This document shows positions 37,070 to 52,983 of a DNA stretch of 64,000 nucleotides, piece by piece; position 1 is the stretch's first letter; every line of letters begins with the position of its first letter. The stretch spans positions 30,132,001-30,196,000 of the forward strand of contig OX597828.1 in assembly GCA_951406725.2 (NCBI GenBank), read 5' to 3'. The notes under the pieces were generated by a model. That model worked only from the letters and a program-made list of their open reading frames with translations. It was not told the origin of the DNA and did not search any database. The DNA is from Octopus vulgaris (Eukaryota). The position numbers and the translations under genes are program-made.

Positions 37070-39169
37070 GTGTGTATGTGTATATATATATAGTTAGAAT
37101 TTACAAACAAAAAACAAAAGACGATGACAGGTGTATAAAAAACAAATGTGCAAAATATATATAAACATATATATATATATATAGTGAGAGAGAGAGAGGG
37201 AGAGAGACGAAGTATATTTACATATATGTGTGTGTGTTTACTTTGTATATATACAACTATCTCATAGGTATGTGTGTATGTATTTCCTATGTGAGTGTGT
37301 AGTTATGTGTAAATAAATTTCGTAATTACACTGTTCTTGTCCAATGAACTGACAAAGAAATGTAGTTAAGTTTATGCACTGATCTGCATTTAAAACTCTT
37401 TCGGTATATCTACCCGTCACGTGTACAAAATAGATGGAATTTAAATTCCAATTGAAATTATATGTTTTTTTTTTTTAATTTGTGGTTCGGTGAGTGCAGA
37501 CTATTCCCTGTATATATGATATATAGAAATTATTTCGAACCAAATGTTAGGTCACATTACTCCTCTTTGTACAATATATCATGGTTTCAATCAATTTGAA
37601 ATAAAGCTTAATACCACCTCGTATTGATTTTATTCCGTTGCAGAGATTTAAATGTTATAAAAAGAATCTCCACTTTTAGTTGTTCTATTTTTCTTCACTT
37701 GCATATGCCCATTTATTCTCTAGATAATATGTTCTCTCTTATGTAAATTATTCTATTTTGTATTCCAAAGAATGTTGGAGATCAAAATTACTTTACGTAG
37801 TAATTGCCGTTTCAACTTGGAGCTCACATCATAGAAAAGAAGGGCAGACTTGAATGAATTCACTGAATTATAAAAATATATCTGGAACGAACAATTTAAT
37901 TCGAATGAATTTTACATTATGGAAACATGCACAGATTGCTTTGTGTTAAATCTTTCAATATAAAGAGAATGGGGTTTGAAATATCTCTGACAAAGTTAAA
38001 ACTAAAGAAATATCTAGTGGGATTATATAAAAGTATCAATGGTGCATTTAAGCTTTCGTGCGCATTATGTCGTGAACAGAGATATATGCGAGTATAAAGC
38101 AGTAATTTATATTGGCCTCGGTAAGACATGAAAAAGAAAGTTACGTAAACTGAATATCGGATGCATATTTTCTTAATGACTTTCTATAATATAAACTGTT
38201 GCACACAAATATGCAAAAACATAATTGCGTTGAAATTAATATCCAATAAACTATCATCAATTTCCATAGAGAGTCTCTTATAAAAATAATTATCCTGATG
38301 TTTTAGTATACATACATATATATGGGAAATTCTGTCTGTGGATGTGTTTGGGGAGTTGTTAACTAACTCTTCCTGCATAGTCTTATCGATTTCGATGAAA
38401 CTTCCCACGTGAGTAGAACTCGTATGTGGAAATCTCATGGTATACTCAGATGTTGAAAAAAATTGATAATAGGATCCCTTGAAGGGATCCTTATATATAG
38501 CCAAGCGAAATAACCCATACATTTTCTTAAATAATTTGGTATAAATCAAATTGAGTATGTTATTTCTTAGTATTTGAACTGTTAGAGTTATTTTCGCATT
38601 TTATTCAGTACAGCCCTTAAACAAGTAAATAGTATTTTCCTAAACTATAGATCCACTTATTTCAGTTAGTGACTTATTCACGAATATACCGACACTAGTG
38701 CCCTTGAGGTTAATATTGTCTAAGAACGCAGAAAAGTCCTTTTTCAGAGTTATTTACATTGAATTGTTATTATCTCATATTTGATTAGCCTGATATTACG
38801 TTACGTGCGTCACAATTTGAGTATACATAACTTATTATTATTTCCTCCTATTTTCTACATACTCTGAGAACGCATTAAACCCCTATTCGGGGCTACTTCA
38901 TTTGAATTCTTACTATCGGGTAACAAATTTCATGTTATTACATAACTGACTTCACAACTTGGGTATTCATAACTTAGTGGGAATTCCTAAAACCAAGATC
39001 CTGTGTAAGGCAGTTCAGTATTCTTTGTAAATGCAGAAAAAACGTTTTAAGGCCTACATACTTTCTATTATTGTTATTGGATTAGCGAAACAATTTTGAG
39101 AACTGAACCAAGGGATAAGCCCCGCTTTATCGAGAATTACCGGGCACGTCATCTACACGAATGTGGTAG

Positions 39170-40335
39170 TTAATAAATTGTCTAAATTACGCAAAAATGA
39201 AAATAACACAGACATCTTATTTTAACAAATATACGTATTTACCAAAATTAAATAAAAGTAGCTATAAATACTAAAGAGTAAATTTATTCAATAGAATCAC
39301 TTTCCGCTTTAACCAAGGCTCCCAGACCTCTTCGGAATCTCCTACAATTCTTCTGGACAGTCTCTCTTTTTAAGTTGGTGAATACTGCCATAATCCTCGC
39401 TTTCAGTTAATCTTTGATGTTACAATGAGTTTTGTTGGTCTTTCGCTCAACTGCATCCCATATGATAATCAAGAGGGTTGCATTCTGGGGAGTTAGGTCG
39501 CCAGATGTTAGGGGTGATGTGGTCGCAGAAATTGTCTGACAGCCATAACTGTGTTCTCTTAACCCAGGGAAGCACTATCACTTCCAGGCACTTGTTATAG
39601 GCCTCCGTTTTGAATCTGAGTCCTTGCGGGAAGATGAATGGAGACATAACGTCGCCAACATAAATGATGACTAGTGATCACTGCATTACTAGCGATCACT
39701 CGAAACACCTCGATTTTGAATAGATGTTTGGTTTTCATGACTCTCGGGGACACAGCAAACCAACGATTGTTCTGTGTGTTCACCATCTGAATTCTTTCTA
39801 CAACATGTTAGTTTGGAGGGGATGCTTGAGTTTCTTCAAAAGCTTCAGAGTGCGGTCTTTCCTCTTGTCCTTCATGGCTTGGGATAAAATTTAGCCCTTT
39901 CTCATCTTGTATGAGGAATACCGAATGTTTTTATGCACTACCTGCCTGATAAGAAACTAACTCACAAATTCCCATGCTCCTGGCGATGAACCTGATTGAC
40001 TTAGAGGTATCTTTGTCAATCATGGCTTGCATCTCACCAACAAATCTAGGAGTCCTTTTCTTAACGGAACAATCAGGGTGAATTATCCAATCTACGATGT
40101 TATTCCTCCATTCATCTTCCCACAAGGCATTCATAATCAGCATTAGACTTATCCAAGTATTTTCGAATCTTCTGCTCTGTCCGCAGCTTGACACCCAAAC
40201 ATTATCAAATGTTCGTTGTGGAGGTTCCGGCGCGAATGCTAAGCAGTCAAGCATGCCGTTTCCAAATTTCTGGCCGAGGTATTTGTGTCATGGTGTTGTT
40301 TTTCTCACAGACAGTATCCAACAGACCCTACTATA
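39170..40335 (-). mobile_element. Decayed Tc1/mariner-superfamily transposon (maT/DD37D-like)
   Basis: IDKDTSKSIRFIARSMG (HTH), NTQNNRWFA..P..MKTKH, PFIFPQGLR...VLPWVKR, WRPNSPECNPLDY. Confidence 0.85.
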
Positions 40336-40344
40336 CTGTAGCCG

Positions 40345-40468
40345 ACAAGGCATTGGTCGGCCCGGGGTTATAGCAGAAGACACTTGCCCAAGATGCCACG
40401 CAGTGGGATTGAACCCGGAACCATGTGGTTGTTTAGCAAGCTACTTACCACACAGCCACTCCTCCGCC
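40345..40468 (-). mobile_element. SINE family B 5' head fragment
   Basis: acaaggcattggtcggccc...cacagccactcc.cgcc. Confidence 0.88.
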
Positions 40469-40534
40469 TATATGTATATGTATATACATATATATATTTG
40501 GAGTTATACACCCTAATATTATTATATGTATATG

Positions 40535-40603
<69 letters not shown>

Positions 40604-41198
40604 AGAGAGTTGAAAAACAGAGAGATCAAATGGATGCAACTTAATTTATTGATTAATCAGCATATTAACCAAAAATTGTTTCATTCTCAAATAAGATTAA
40701 GATTACAAAACATATAAATATATATCTTTGCAGTTTAAATACCTTATAGGGACCCTCATCAGAGTGTTCTGACTATTACTTTCGAAATATACAGAATATA
40801 TAATTATGTTTACTTTGCGGATATGTGTACGTGTGTGTGTTCACATGCATTAAAATTATTCCATTTATTTCAATACAATAATAGTAATAGTAATAATGAT
40901 GAATGATGGGTAATATTATTTGGGTAAATTAATATAATGAATAAAAGAAATGTATGTGTGTGTGCATAGATCTGAAGAACAAGCCATTATCAGTTGTCGA
41001 CTGCTGTCTATCTACCCCTCATTGCTAGCGTGGAACGACAATATGAGTCTTCGAAGACAGTTGGTCCAATAGAGACCAAAAGAACATTTTCGATTTATAG
41101 AGGGTCACGGTTGGGAACAAGAATAGGACAGTCGAGTTTATCTTAACATTTTTAAGGCTAATATACTGTATACTATACATAAAGTCATTCGTAATTAC

Positions 41199-41231
<33 letters not shown>

Positions 41232-41406
41232 GATAGATAGATAAATATATATATATATACATGTATACATACATATATATATATATACATGTATACATAT
41301 ATATATATTTATATCAATATATATATATATATACATTTATATATGTATATATATGTATTTATATATGTATATGTATATACATATATATATTTGGAGTTAT
41401 ACACCC

Positions 41407-41415
<9 letters not shown>
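40469..41415. repeat. About 54-bp direct repeat pair (40469-40522 and 41362-41415)
   Basis: tatatgtatatgtatatacatatatatatttggagttatacaccctaatattat occurs twice. Confidence 0.85.
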
Positions 41416-41497
<82 letters not shown>

Positions 41498-41575
41498 AGA
41501 ATAAGTTGTTCTATAAATCTCGAAACATATGTACCGCAATATCATTTGTGTCCCGTTTTTCATTTATTTCATTTG

Positions 41576-41634
<59 letters not shown>

Positions 41635-42239
41635 TATATACATATATATATGTTAAGAGACGAAATAGAGCAACCAGTAGCAATTAGTTGATCATTAGTA
41701 TTGAATAATCGTAGTTTAATTATAGCTAAGATAACATTTACAGCTCTTTCTCTTTGTGTGTTTTGTAAGTAAACTTGCGTTTATCTCGTACCATATAACA
41801 AATACCATCAGAATGATTTTAGCTTTAGCAGAGGAATATTGAGAGGAGAATGAAGGTTGACAGGATAAAAAAGAAAAAAAAATGAAAATTGTAAAGAATA
41901 AAGAAAAAGGGAATGATTCGTTAGGTCTTTAGGCTTACAATTTTGCGCCCTTAAAACATGGCACATATGTTTACAGTTGCCTCAATTAGATGATTGGAGC
42001 ACTGTGTGGGGGAAAATTACCATTTGACTGGCGGTGTTAGTCGAAAGAGTTATACCTGGTAGTAAGATCCAGTATCATTAATCGTAACAAATAACGCTAT
42101 TTGAGACTGCTAGATAAGTCCCTATGATTACAAACAATGGCCTTACATTTATCCCTTAGACGGTTGCATGATATCTAACACATAATATCTCTGTAGCAAT
42201 TATATATATATATATAAACGCATACACACACACACACAT

Positions 42240-42290
<51 letters not shown>

Positions 42291-42449
42291 AGTACACATT
42301 CTTATAAAAATACACATATACATATATATAGATATATACACACACACATATACATGTGTCTATCTATCTACCTATATACATATATCTACATAATGCGTGT
42401 GTCTGTGTGTGTAATTCCGTGTGTGAGTAGGGCCATATATATATATGTT

Positions 42450-45400
42450 CTAAAAATAGAACAGCAACTAAAAATAGGACAAATAAACTAAAAATAGAAC
42501 AGCAACTAAAAATAGAACGAATAAAATAAAAATTGAACAGCAACTAAAAATAGAACAAATAAACTAAAAATAGAACAGCAACTAAAAATAAAACAAATAA
42601 ACTAAAAATAGAACAGCAACTAAAAATAGAACAAATAAACTAAAAATAGAACAGCAACTAAAAATAGAACAAATAAACTAAAAATAAAACAGCAACTAAA
42701 AATAGAACAGCAACAAAAAATAGAACAGCAACTAAAAATAGAACAGCAACTAAAAATAGAACAGCAACTAAAAATAGAACAAATAAACTAAAAATAGAAC
42801 AGCAACTAAAAATAGGACAAATAAACTAAAAAGAGAACAGCAACTAAAAATAGAACAAATAAACTAAAAATAGAACAGCAACTAAAAATAGGACATATAA
42901 ACTAAAAATAGAACAGCAACTAAAAATAGAACAAATAAATTGAAAATAGAACAGCAAATAAAAATAGGACAAATAAACTAAAAATAGAACAAATAAACTA
43001 AAAATAGAACAGCAACTAAAAATAGGACAAATAAACTAAAAATAGAACAGCAACTAAAAATAGAACAGCAACTAAAAATAGAACAGCAACTAAAAATAGA
43101 ACGAGAAAATAAAAATAGAACAGCAACAAATAATAGGACAAATAAACTAAAAGAAGAGCAGCAATTAAAAATAGAGCAGCAACTAAAAATAGAAAAAATA
43201 AACTAAAAATAGAACAGCAACTAATAATAAGACAAATAAACTAAAAATAGAACAGCAACTAAAAATAGGACAAATAAACTAAAAATAGAACATCAACTAA
43301 AAATATAACAAGTAAACTAAAAAGAGAACAGCAACTACAAATAGAACAAATAAACTAAAAATAGAACAGCAACTAAAAACAGAACAAATAAACTAAAAAT
43401 AGAACAAAAACTAAACATAGAACAGCAACTAAAAATAGAACAGCAACTATAAATAGAACAGCAACTAAAAATAGAACAAATAAACTAAAGATAGAACAGC
43501 AACTAAAAATAGGACAAATAAACCAAAAATAGAACAGCAACTAAAAATAGAACAAATAAACTAAAAACAGAACAGCAACTAAAAATAGAAGAGCAACTAA
43601 AAATAGAACAGCAACTAGAAAGAGAACAAATAAACTAAAAATAGAAGAGCAACTAAAAATAGAACAAATAATCTAAAAATAGAACAGCAACTAAAAATAG
43701 AACAAATTAAACTAAAAATAGAACAGCAACTAAAAATAGAACAAATAAACTATAAATAGAAAAGCAACTAAAAATAGAACAAATAAACTAAAAATAGAAC
43801 AGCAACTAAAAATAGAACAAATAAACTAAAAACATAACAGCAACTAAAAATAGAACAAATAAACTAAAAATAGAACAAATAAACTAACAATAGGACAAAT
43901 AACCTAAAAATAGAACAAATAAACTAAAAATAGAACAGCAACTAAAATTAGAACAAAAAAACAAAAAAGAGAACAAATAAACTAAAAATAGAACAAATAG
44001 ACTAAAAATAGAACAAATAAACTAAAAATAGAACAGCAACTAAAAATAGAACAAATAAACTAAAATAGAACAGCAACTAAAAATAGAAAAAATAAACTAA
44101 AAATAGAACAAATAAACTAAAAATAGAAAAAATAAACTCAAAATAGGACAAATAAACTAAAAATAGAACAAATAAACTAAAAATAGAACAGCAACAAAAA
44201 ATAGAACAAATAAACTAAAAATAGAACAAATAAACTAAAAATAGAACTGCAACAAAAAAATAGGACAAAGAAACTAAAAATAGAACAAATAAACTAAAAA
44301 TAGAACAGCAACTTAAAATAAAACAAATAAACTAAAAATAGAACAAATAAACTAAAAATAGAACAAATAAACTAAAAATAGGACAAAAAAATTAAAAATA
44401 GAACATCTACTAAAAATAGAACAAATAAACTAAAAATAGAACAGCAACTACAAATAGAACAAATAAACTAAAAATAGAACAGCAACTAAAAATAGAACAA
44501 ATAAACTAAAAATAGAACAGCAACTAAAAATAGAACAGCAACTAAAAATAGAACAGCAACTAAAAATAGAACAGCAACTAAAATAGAACAAATAAACTAA
44601 AGATAGAACAGCAACTAAAAATAGGACAAATAAACTAAAAATAGAACAGCAACTAAAAATAGAACAAATAAACTAAAAATAGAACAGCAACTAAAAATAG
44701 AACAGCAACTAAAAATAGAACAGCAACTAAAAATAAAACAGCAAATAAAAATAGAACAAATAAACTAAAAATAGAACAGCAACTAAAAATAGAACAAATT
44801 AAAATAAAAATAGAACAGCAACTAAAAAAAAGAACAAATAAACTAATAATAGAACAAATAAACTAAAAATAGGACAAATAACCTAAAAATAGAAAAAATA
44901 AACTAAATATAGAACAGATAAACTAAAAATAGAACAAATAAACTAAAAATAGAACAGCAACTAAAATAGGACAAATAAACTAAAAATAGAACAAATAAAC
45001 TAAAAATAGGATAAATAAACTAAAAATAGAACAGCAACTAAAAATAGGACAAATAAACTAAAAATAGAACAGCAACTAAAAATGGTTATATTCTATATAA
45101 ATAAATAGAATCTATAAATAGTATCTATACATAGGATCTATAAATAGAATCTATAAATTTAATCTATAAATAGAATCTATAAATAGAATCTATAAATAGA
45201 ATCTATAAATAGAATCTATAATTAAATAAATAAATAAATAGAATCCATAAATAGAATCTATTAATAGAATCTATAAATAGAATATATAAATAGAATCTAT
45301 AAATAGAATCTATAAATAGAAACTATAAATAGAATCTATAATTAGTAGCTATTAAATAGAAGCTATAAATAGAAGCTACAAATAGAAGCTATAAATAGAA

Positions 45401-47241
45401 GCTATAAATAGAAGCTATAAATAAATAAATAAATAAATAGTATCTATAAATAGAATCTAAAAATAGAATCTATAAATAGAATCGATAAATAGAATCTATA
45501 AATAGAATCTATAAATAGAATTTATAAATAGTATCTATAAATAGAATCTATAAATAAAATCTATAAATAGAATCTATAAATAAATAAACAAATAAATAAA
45601 TAAATAAAGAGAATCTATAAATAGAACAAATAAACTAAAAAGAGAACAAATATACTAAAAATAGGACATATAAACTAAAAATAGGACAAATAATCTAAAA
45701 AAAGAACAGCAACTAAGAATAGGACAAATAAACTAAAAATAGAACAAGTAAACTAAAAATACAACAAATAAACTAAAAATAGGACAAATAAACTAAAAAT
45801 AGAAGAGCAACTAAAAATAGGACAAATAAACTAAAAGTAGGACAAATAAACTAAAAATAGAACTAATAAACTAAAAATAGAACAGCAACTAAAAATACGA
45901 CGAATAAACTAAAAATAGAACAAATAAACTAGAAATAGAACAGCAACTAAAAATAGAAGAAAAAAACTAAAAATAAAACTGCAACTAAAGACAGAACAAA
46001 TAAACGAAAAATAGAACAAATAAACTAAAAATAGAACAAATAAACAAAAAATAGGACAAATAAACTAAAAATAGAACAGATAATCTAAAATTAGAACAAA
46101 TAAACTAAAAATAGAACAAATAAACTAAAAATAGAACAAATAAACTAAAAATAGAACAGCAATTAAAATTGGACGAATAAACTAAAAATAGAACAGCAAC
46201 TAAAAATAGTTATATTCTACATAAATAAATAGAATCTATAAATAGTATCTATACATTGAATCTATAAATAAAATCTATAAATAGAATCTATAAATAGTAT
46301 CTATAAATAGAATCTCTAAGTAGAATCTATAAATAGAATCTATAAATAAATAAATAAATAAATAGAATCTATAAATAGAATCTATAAATAGAATCTATAA
46401 ATAGAATCTATTAATAGATTCTATAAATAGAATCTATAAATAGTATCTATAAATAGAATCTATAAATAGAATCTATAAATAGAATCTATATATAAATAAA
46501 TAAATAAATAAATAAATAAATAGAATCTTTAAATATAATCTATAAATAGAATCTATAAATAGAATCTATAAATAGAATCTATAAATAGAACAAATAAACT
46601 AAAAATAGGACAAATAATATAAAAATAGAACAGCAACTAAAAATAGGACAAATAAACTAGAAATAGGACAAGTAAACTAAAAATAGGACAAATAAACTAA
46701 AAATAGGACAAGTAAACTAAAAATAGAACAAGTAAACTAAAAATACAACAAATAAACTAAAAATAGGACAACTAAACTAAAAATAGAAAAGCAACTAAAA
46801 ATAGGACAAATAAACTAAAAATAGAACAAGTAAACTGAAAATAGAAAAAAAACTAAAAATAGGACAAATAAACTAAAAATAGAACAAATGAACTAAAAAT
46901 ATAACAGCAACTAAAAATAGGACAAATAAACTGAATATAGAACAAATAAACTAAAAATAGAACAAATAAACTAAAAATAGGACAAATAAACTAAAAATAG
47001 AACATATAAACTAAAAACAGAACAAATAAACTAAAAATAGAACAGCAACTAAATTAGGACAAATAAACTAAAAATAGAACAAATAAACAAAAATAGAACA
47101 AATAAACTAAAAATAGAACAAATAAAGTAAAAATAGAACATCAACTAAAAATAGGACAAATAAACTAATAATAGAAAAATAACTAAAAATATTTATATTC
47201 TATAAATAGTATCTATAAATAGTATCTATAAATAGAATCTA

Positions 47242-47272
<31 letters not shown>

Positions 47273-47631
47273 ATAGAATCTATAAATAGAATCTATAAAT
47301 AGAATCTATAAATAAATAAATAAATAAATAAATAGAAACTATGAATAGAATCTATAAATAGAATCTATAAATAGAATCTATAAATAGAATCTATAAATAG
47401 TATCTATAAATAGAATCTAAAAATAGAATCTATAAATAGAATCTATAAATAAATAAATAAATAAATAAATAAATGAATAAATAGAATCTATAAATAGAAT
47501 CTATAAATAGAATCTATAAATAGAATCTATAAATAGAATCTATAAATAAATAAATAAATAAATAAATAAATAGAATCTATAAATAGAATCTATAAATAGT
47601 ATCTATAAATAGAATCTATAAATAGAATCTA

Positions 47632-47662
<31 letters not shown>

Positions 47663-48392
47663 ATAGAATCTATAAATAGAATCTATAAATAGAATCTATA
47701 AATAGTATCCATAAATAGAATCTAAAAATAGAATCTATTAATAGAATCTATAAATAAATAAAAAATAAATAAAAAAATAAATAAATAGAATCTATAAATA
47801 GAATCTATAAATAGAACAAATAAACTAAAAATAGGACAAATAAACTAAAAATAGGACAAATAAACTAAAAATAGGACAGATAAACTAAAAATAGGACAAA
47901 TAAACTAAAAATAGAACAGCAACTAAAATAGGACAAATAAACTAAAAATAGAACAAATAAACTAAAAATAGAACAAATAAACTAAAAATAGAACAAATAA
48001 ACTAAAAATAGAACAAATAAACTAAGAATAGAACGGCAACTAAAAATAGGACAAATAAACTAAAAATACAACAAATAAACTATAAATTGAACAAATAAAC
48101 TAAAAATTGGACAAATAAACTAAAAATAGAACAAATGAACTAAAAATATAACAGCAACTAAAAATAGGACAAATAAACTAAATATAGAACAAATAAACTA
48201 AAAATAGAACAAATAAACTAAAAATAGGACAAATAAACTAAAAATAGAACATATAAACTAAAAACAGAACAAATAAACTAAAAATAGAACAGCAACTAAA
48301 TTAGGACAAATAAACTAAAAATAGAACAAATAAACATAAATATTTATATTCTATAAATAGTATCTATAAATAGTATCTATAAATAGAATCTA

Positions 48393-48435
<43 letters not shown>

Positions 48436-48458
48436 ATAGAATCTATAAATAGAATCTA

Positions 48459-48497
<39 letters not shown>

Positions 48498-51400
48498 ATA
48501 GAATCTATAAATAGAATATATAAATAGAATCTATAAATAGAATCTATAATTAAATAAATACATAAATAAATAAATAAATAGAATCAATAAATAGAATCTA
48601 TAAATAGAATCTATAAATAGAATCTATAAATAGAATCTATAAATAGTAGCAATTAAATAGAAGCTATAAATAGAAGCTATAAATAGAAGCTATAAATAGA
48701 AGCTATGAATAAATAAATAAATATATAAATAAAGAGTATCTATAAATAGAATCTGTAAACAGAATCTATAAATAGAATCTATAATTAGAATCTATAAAAA
48801 GAATCTATAAATAGAATCTATAAATAGTATCTAGAAATAGAATCTATAAATAGAATCTATAAATAAATAAATAAATAAATAAATAGAATCTATAAATAGA
48901 ATCTATAAATAGAATCTATAAATAAATAAATGAATAAATAAATAAATAGAATCTATAAATAGAATCTTTAAATAGAATCTATAAATAGAATCTATAAATA
49001 GAATCTATAAATAGTATCTATAAATAGAATCTAAAAATAGAATCTATAAATAGAATCTATAAATAAATAAATAAATAAATAAATAGAATCTATAAATAGA
49101 ATCTATAAATAGAATCAATAAATAAATAAATAAATAAATAAATAGAATCTATAAATAGAATCTATAAATAGAATCTATAAATAGAATCTATAAATAGAAT
49201 CTATAAATAGAATCTATAAATAGAATCTATAAATAGAATCTAAAAATAGAATCTATAAATAGAATCTATAAATAAATAAAAAATAAAAAAAAATAAATAA
49301 ATAGAATCTATAAATAGAATCTATAAATAGAATCTATTAAATAGAATCTAAAATAAACTAAAAAAATAGGACAAATAAACTAAAAATAGGACAGTTAAAC
49401 TAAAAATAGTACAAATAAACTAAAAATGGAACAGCAACTAAAATAGGACAAATAAACTAAAAATAGAACAAATAAACTAAAAATAGAACAAATAAACTAA
49501 AAATAGAACAAATAAACTAAGAATAGAACGGCAACTAAAAATAGGACAAATAAACTAAAAATAGAACAAATAAACTAAAAATTGAACAAATAAACTAAAA
49601 ATAGAACAAATAAACTAAGAATAGAACGGCAACTAAAAATAGGACAAATAAACTAAAAATAGAACAAATAAACTAAAAATAGGACAAATAAACTAAAAAT
49701 AGAACAAATAAACTAAAAATAGAACAACTAAATTAAAAATAGAACAGCATCTAAAAATAGGACAAATAAACTAAAAATAGAACAGCAACTAAAAATAGGA
49801 CAAATAAACTAAAAATAGAACAAGTAAACTGAAAATAGAAAAAATAAACTAAAAATAGGACAAATAAACTAAAAATAGAACAAATGAACTAAAAATAGAA
49901 CAGCAACTAAAAATAGGACAAATAAACTAAAAATAGAACAAATAAAATGAAAATAGAACAGCAACTAAAAATACAACAAATAAACTAAAAATAGAACAAA
50001 TAAACTAAAAATAGAACAGCAACTAAAAATAGGACAAATAAACTAAAAATAGAACAGCAACTAAAAATAGTTATATTCTATATAAATAAATAGAATCTAT
50101 ATATAGAATCTATAAATAGAATCTATAAATGGAATCTATAAATGGAATCTATAAATAGTATCTATAAATAGAATCTATAAATAGAATCTATAAATAGAAT
50201 CTATAAATAAATAAATAAATAAATAAATAATTAGAATCTATAAATAGAATCTATAAATAGAATCTATAAATAGAATCTATAAATAGAATCTATAAATAGA
50301 GTCTATAAATAGAATCTATAAATAGTATCTATAAATAGAATCTAAAATAAATAGAATCTATAAATAAATAATAGAATCTATACAATAAATAAAATAAAAA
50401 AATAAATAAATAGAATCTATAAATAGAATCTATAAATAGAATCTATAAATAGAACAAATAAACTAAAAATAGGACAAATAAACTAAAAATAGGACAAATA
50501 AACTAAAAATAGGACAGATAAACTAAAAATAGGACAAATAAACTAAAAATAGAACAGCAACTAAAATAGGACAAATAAACTAAAAATAGAACAAATAAAC
50601 TAAAAATAGAACAAATAAACTAAAAATAGAACAAATAAACTAAGAATAGAACGGCAACTGAAAATAGGACAAATAAACTAAAAATAGAAGAAATAAACTA
50701 AAAATTGAACAAATAAACTAAAAATAGGACAAATAAACTAAAAATAGAATACATAAACTAAAAATAGGACAAATAAACTAAAAATAGAACAGCAACTAAA
50801 ATAGGACAAATAAACTAAAAATAGAACAAATAAACTAAAATAGAACAACTAAATTAAAAATAGAACAGCATCTAAAATAGGACAAATAAACTAAATATAG
50901 AACAGCAACTAAAAATAGGACAAATAAACTAAATATAGAACAAGTAAACTGAAAATAGAAAAAATAAACTAAAAATAGGACAAATAAACCAAAAATAGAA
51001 CAAATGAACTAAAAATAGAACAAATAAAAAAATAGGACAAATAAACTAAAAATAGAACAAATAAAATGAAAATAGAACAGCAACTAAAAATACAACAAAT
51101 AAACTAAAAATAGAACAGCAACTAAAAATAGGACAAATAAACTAAAAATAGAACAGCAACTAAAAATAGTTATACTCTATATAAATAAATAGAATCTATA
51201 TATAGAATCTATAAATAGAATCTATAAATGGAATCTATAAATAGTATCTATAAATAGAATCTATAAATAGAATCTATAAATAGAATCTATAAATAAAATA
51301 AATAAATAAATAAATATATAGAATCTATAAATAGAATCAATAAATAGAATCTATAAATTGAATCTCTAAATAGAATCTATAAATAGAATCTATAAATAGA

Positions 51401-51811
51401 ATCTATAAATAGAAGCTATAAATAGAATCTATAAATAGAATCTATAATTAGTAGCAATAAAATAGAAGCTATAAATAGAAGCTATAAATAGAAGCTATAA
51501 ATAGAAGCTATGAATAAATAAAAAAATAAATAAATAATATCTATGAATAGAATCTATAAATAGAATCTATAAATAGAATCTATTAATAGAATCTATAAAT
51601 ATAATCTTAAATAGAATCTATAAATAGTATCTATAAATAGAATCTATAAATAGAATCTATAAATAAATAAATAAATAATTAAATAAATAAATAAATAGAA
51701 TCTATAAATAGAATCTATAAATAGAATCTATAAATAGAATAAATAAATAAATAAATAAATAAATAGAATCTATAAATAGTATCTATAAATAGAATCTATA
51801 AATAGAATCTA

Positions 51812-51842
<31 letters not shown>

Positions 51843-52007
51843 ATAGAAGCTATAAATAGAATCTTTAAATAGAATCTATAAAAAGAATCTATAAATAGAA
51901 TCAATAAATAGAATCTATAATTAGTAGTATTAAATAGAAGCTATAAATAGAATCTAAAATAGAATCTATAAATAGAATCTATGAATAGAATCTATACATA
52001 GAATCTA

Positions 52008-52038
<31 letters not shown>

Positions 52039-52650
52039 ATAGAATCTATAAATAGAATTTAAAAATAATATCTATAAATAGAATCTATAAATAAATAAAC
52101 AAATAAATAAATAAATACATAGAATCTATAAAAAGAATCTATAAATAGAATCTATAAATAAATAAATAAATAAATAAATAAATGAATAGAATCTATTAAT
52201 AGAATCTTTAAATAGAATCTATAAATAGAATCTATAAATAGAATCTATAAATAGTATCTATAAATAGAATCTAAAAAATAGAATCTATAAATAGAATCTA
52301 TAAATAAATAAATAAATAAAAAATAAATAAATAGAATATTTAAATAGAATCTATCAATAGAATCTATAAATAGAATCTATAAATAGAATCTATAAATAGA
52401 ATCTATATTTAGTAGCTATTAAATAGAAGCTATAAATAGAATCTATAAATAGAATCTAAAAAATAGAATCTATAAATAGAATATATATATAAATAAATAA
52501 ATAAATAAATAAATAGAATCTATAAATAGAATCTATAAATAGTATCTATAAATAGAATCTATAAATAGAATCTATAAATAAATAAATAAATAAATAAATA
52601 AATAGAATCTATAAATAGAATCTATAAATAGAATCTATAAATAGAATCTA

Positions 52651-52681
<31 letters not shown>

Positions 52682-52952
52682 ATAGAATCTATAAATAGAA
52701 TTTAAAAAGAGAATCTATAAATAGAATCTATAAATAAATAAACAAATGAATAAATAAATAAATAGAATATATAAATAGAATCTATAAATAGAATCTATAA
52801 ATAGAATCTATAAATAAATAAATAAATAAATAAATGAATAGAATCTATAAATAGAATCTTTAAATAGAATCTATAAATAGAATTTATAAATAGAATCTAT
52901 AAATAGTATCTATAAATAGAATCTAAAAAATAGAATCTATAAATAGAATCTA

Positions 52953-52983
<31 letters not shown>

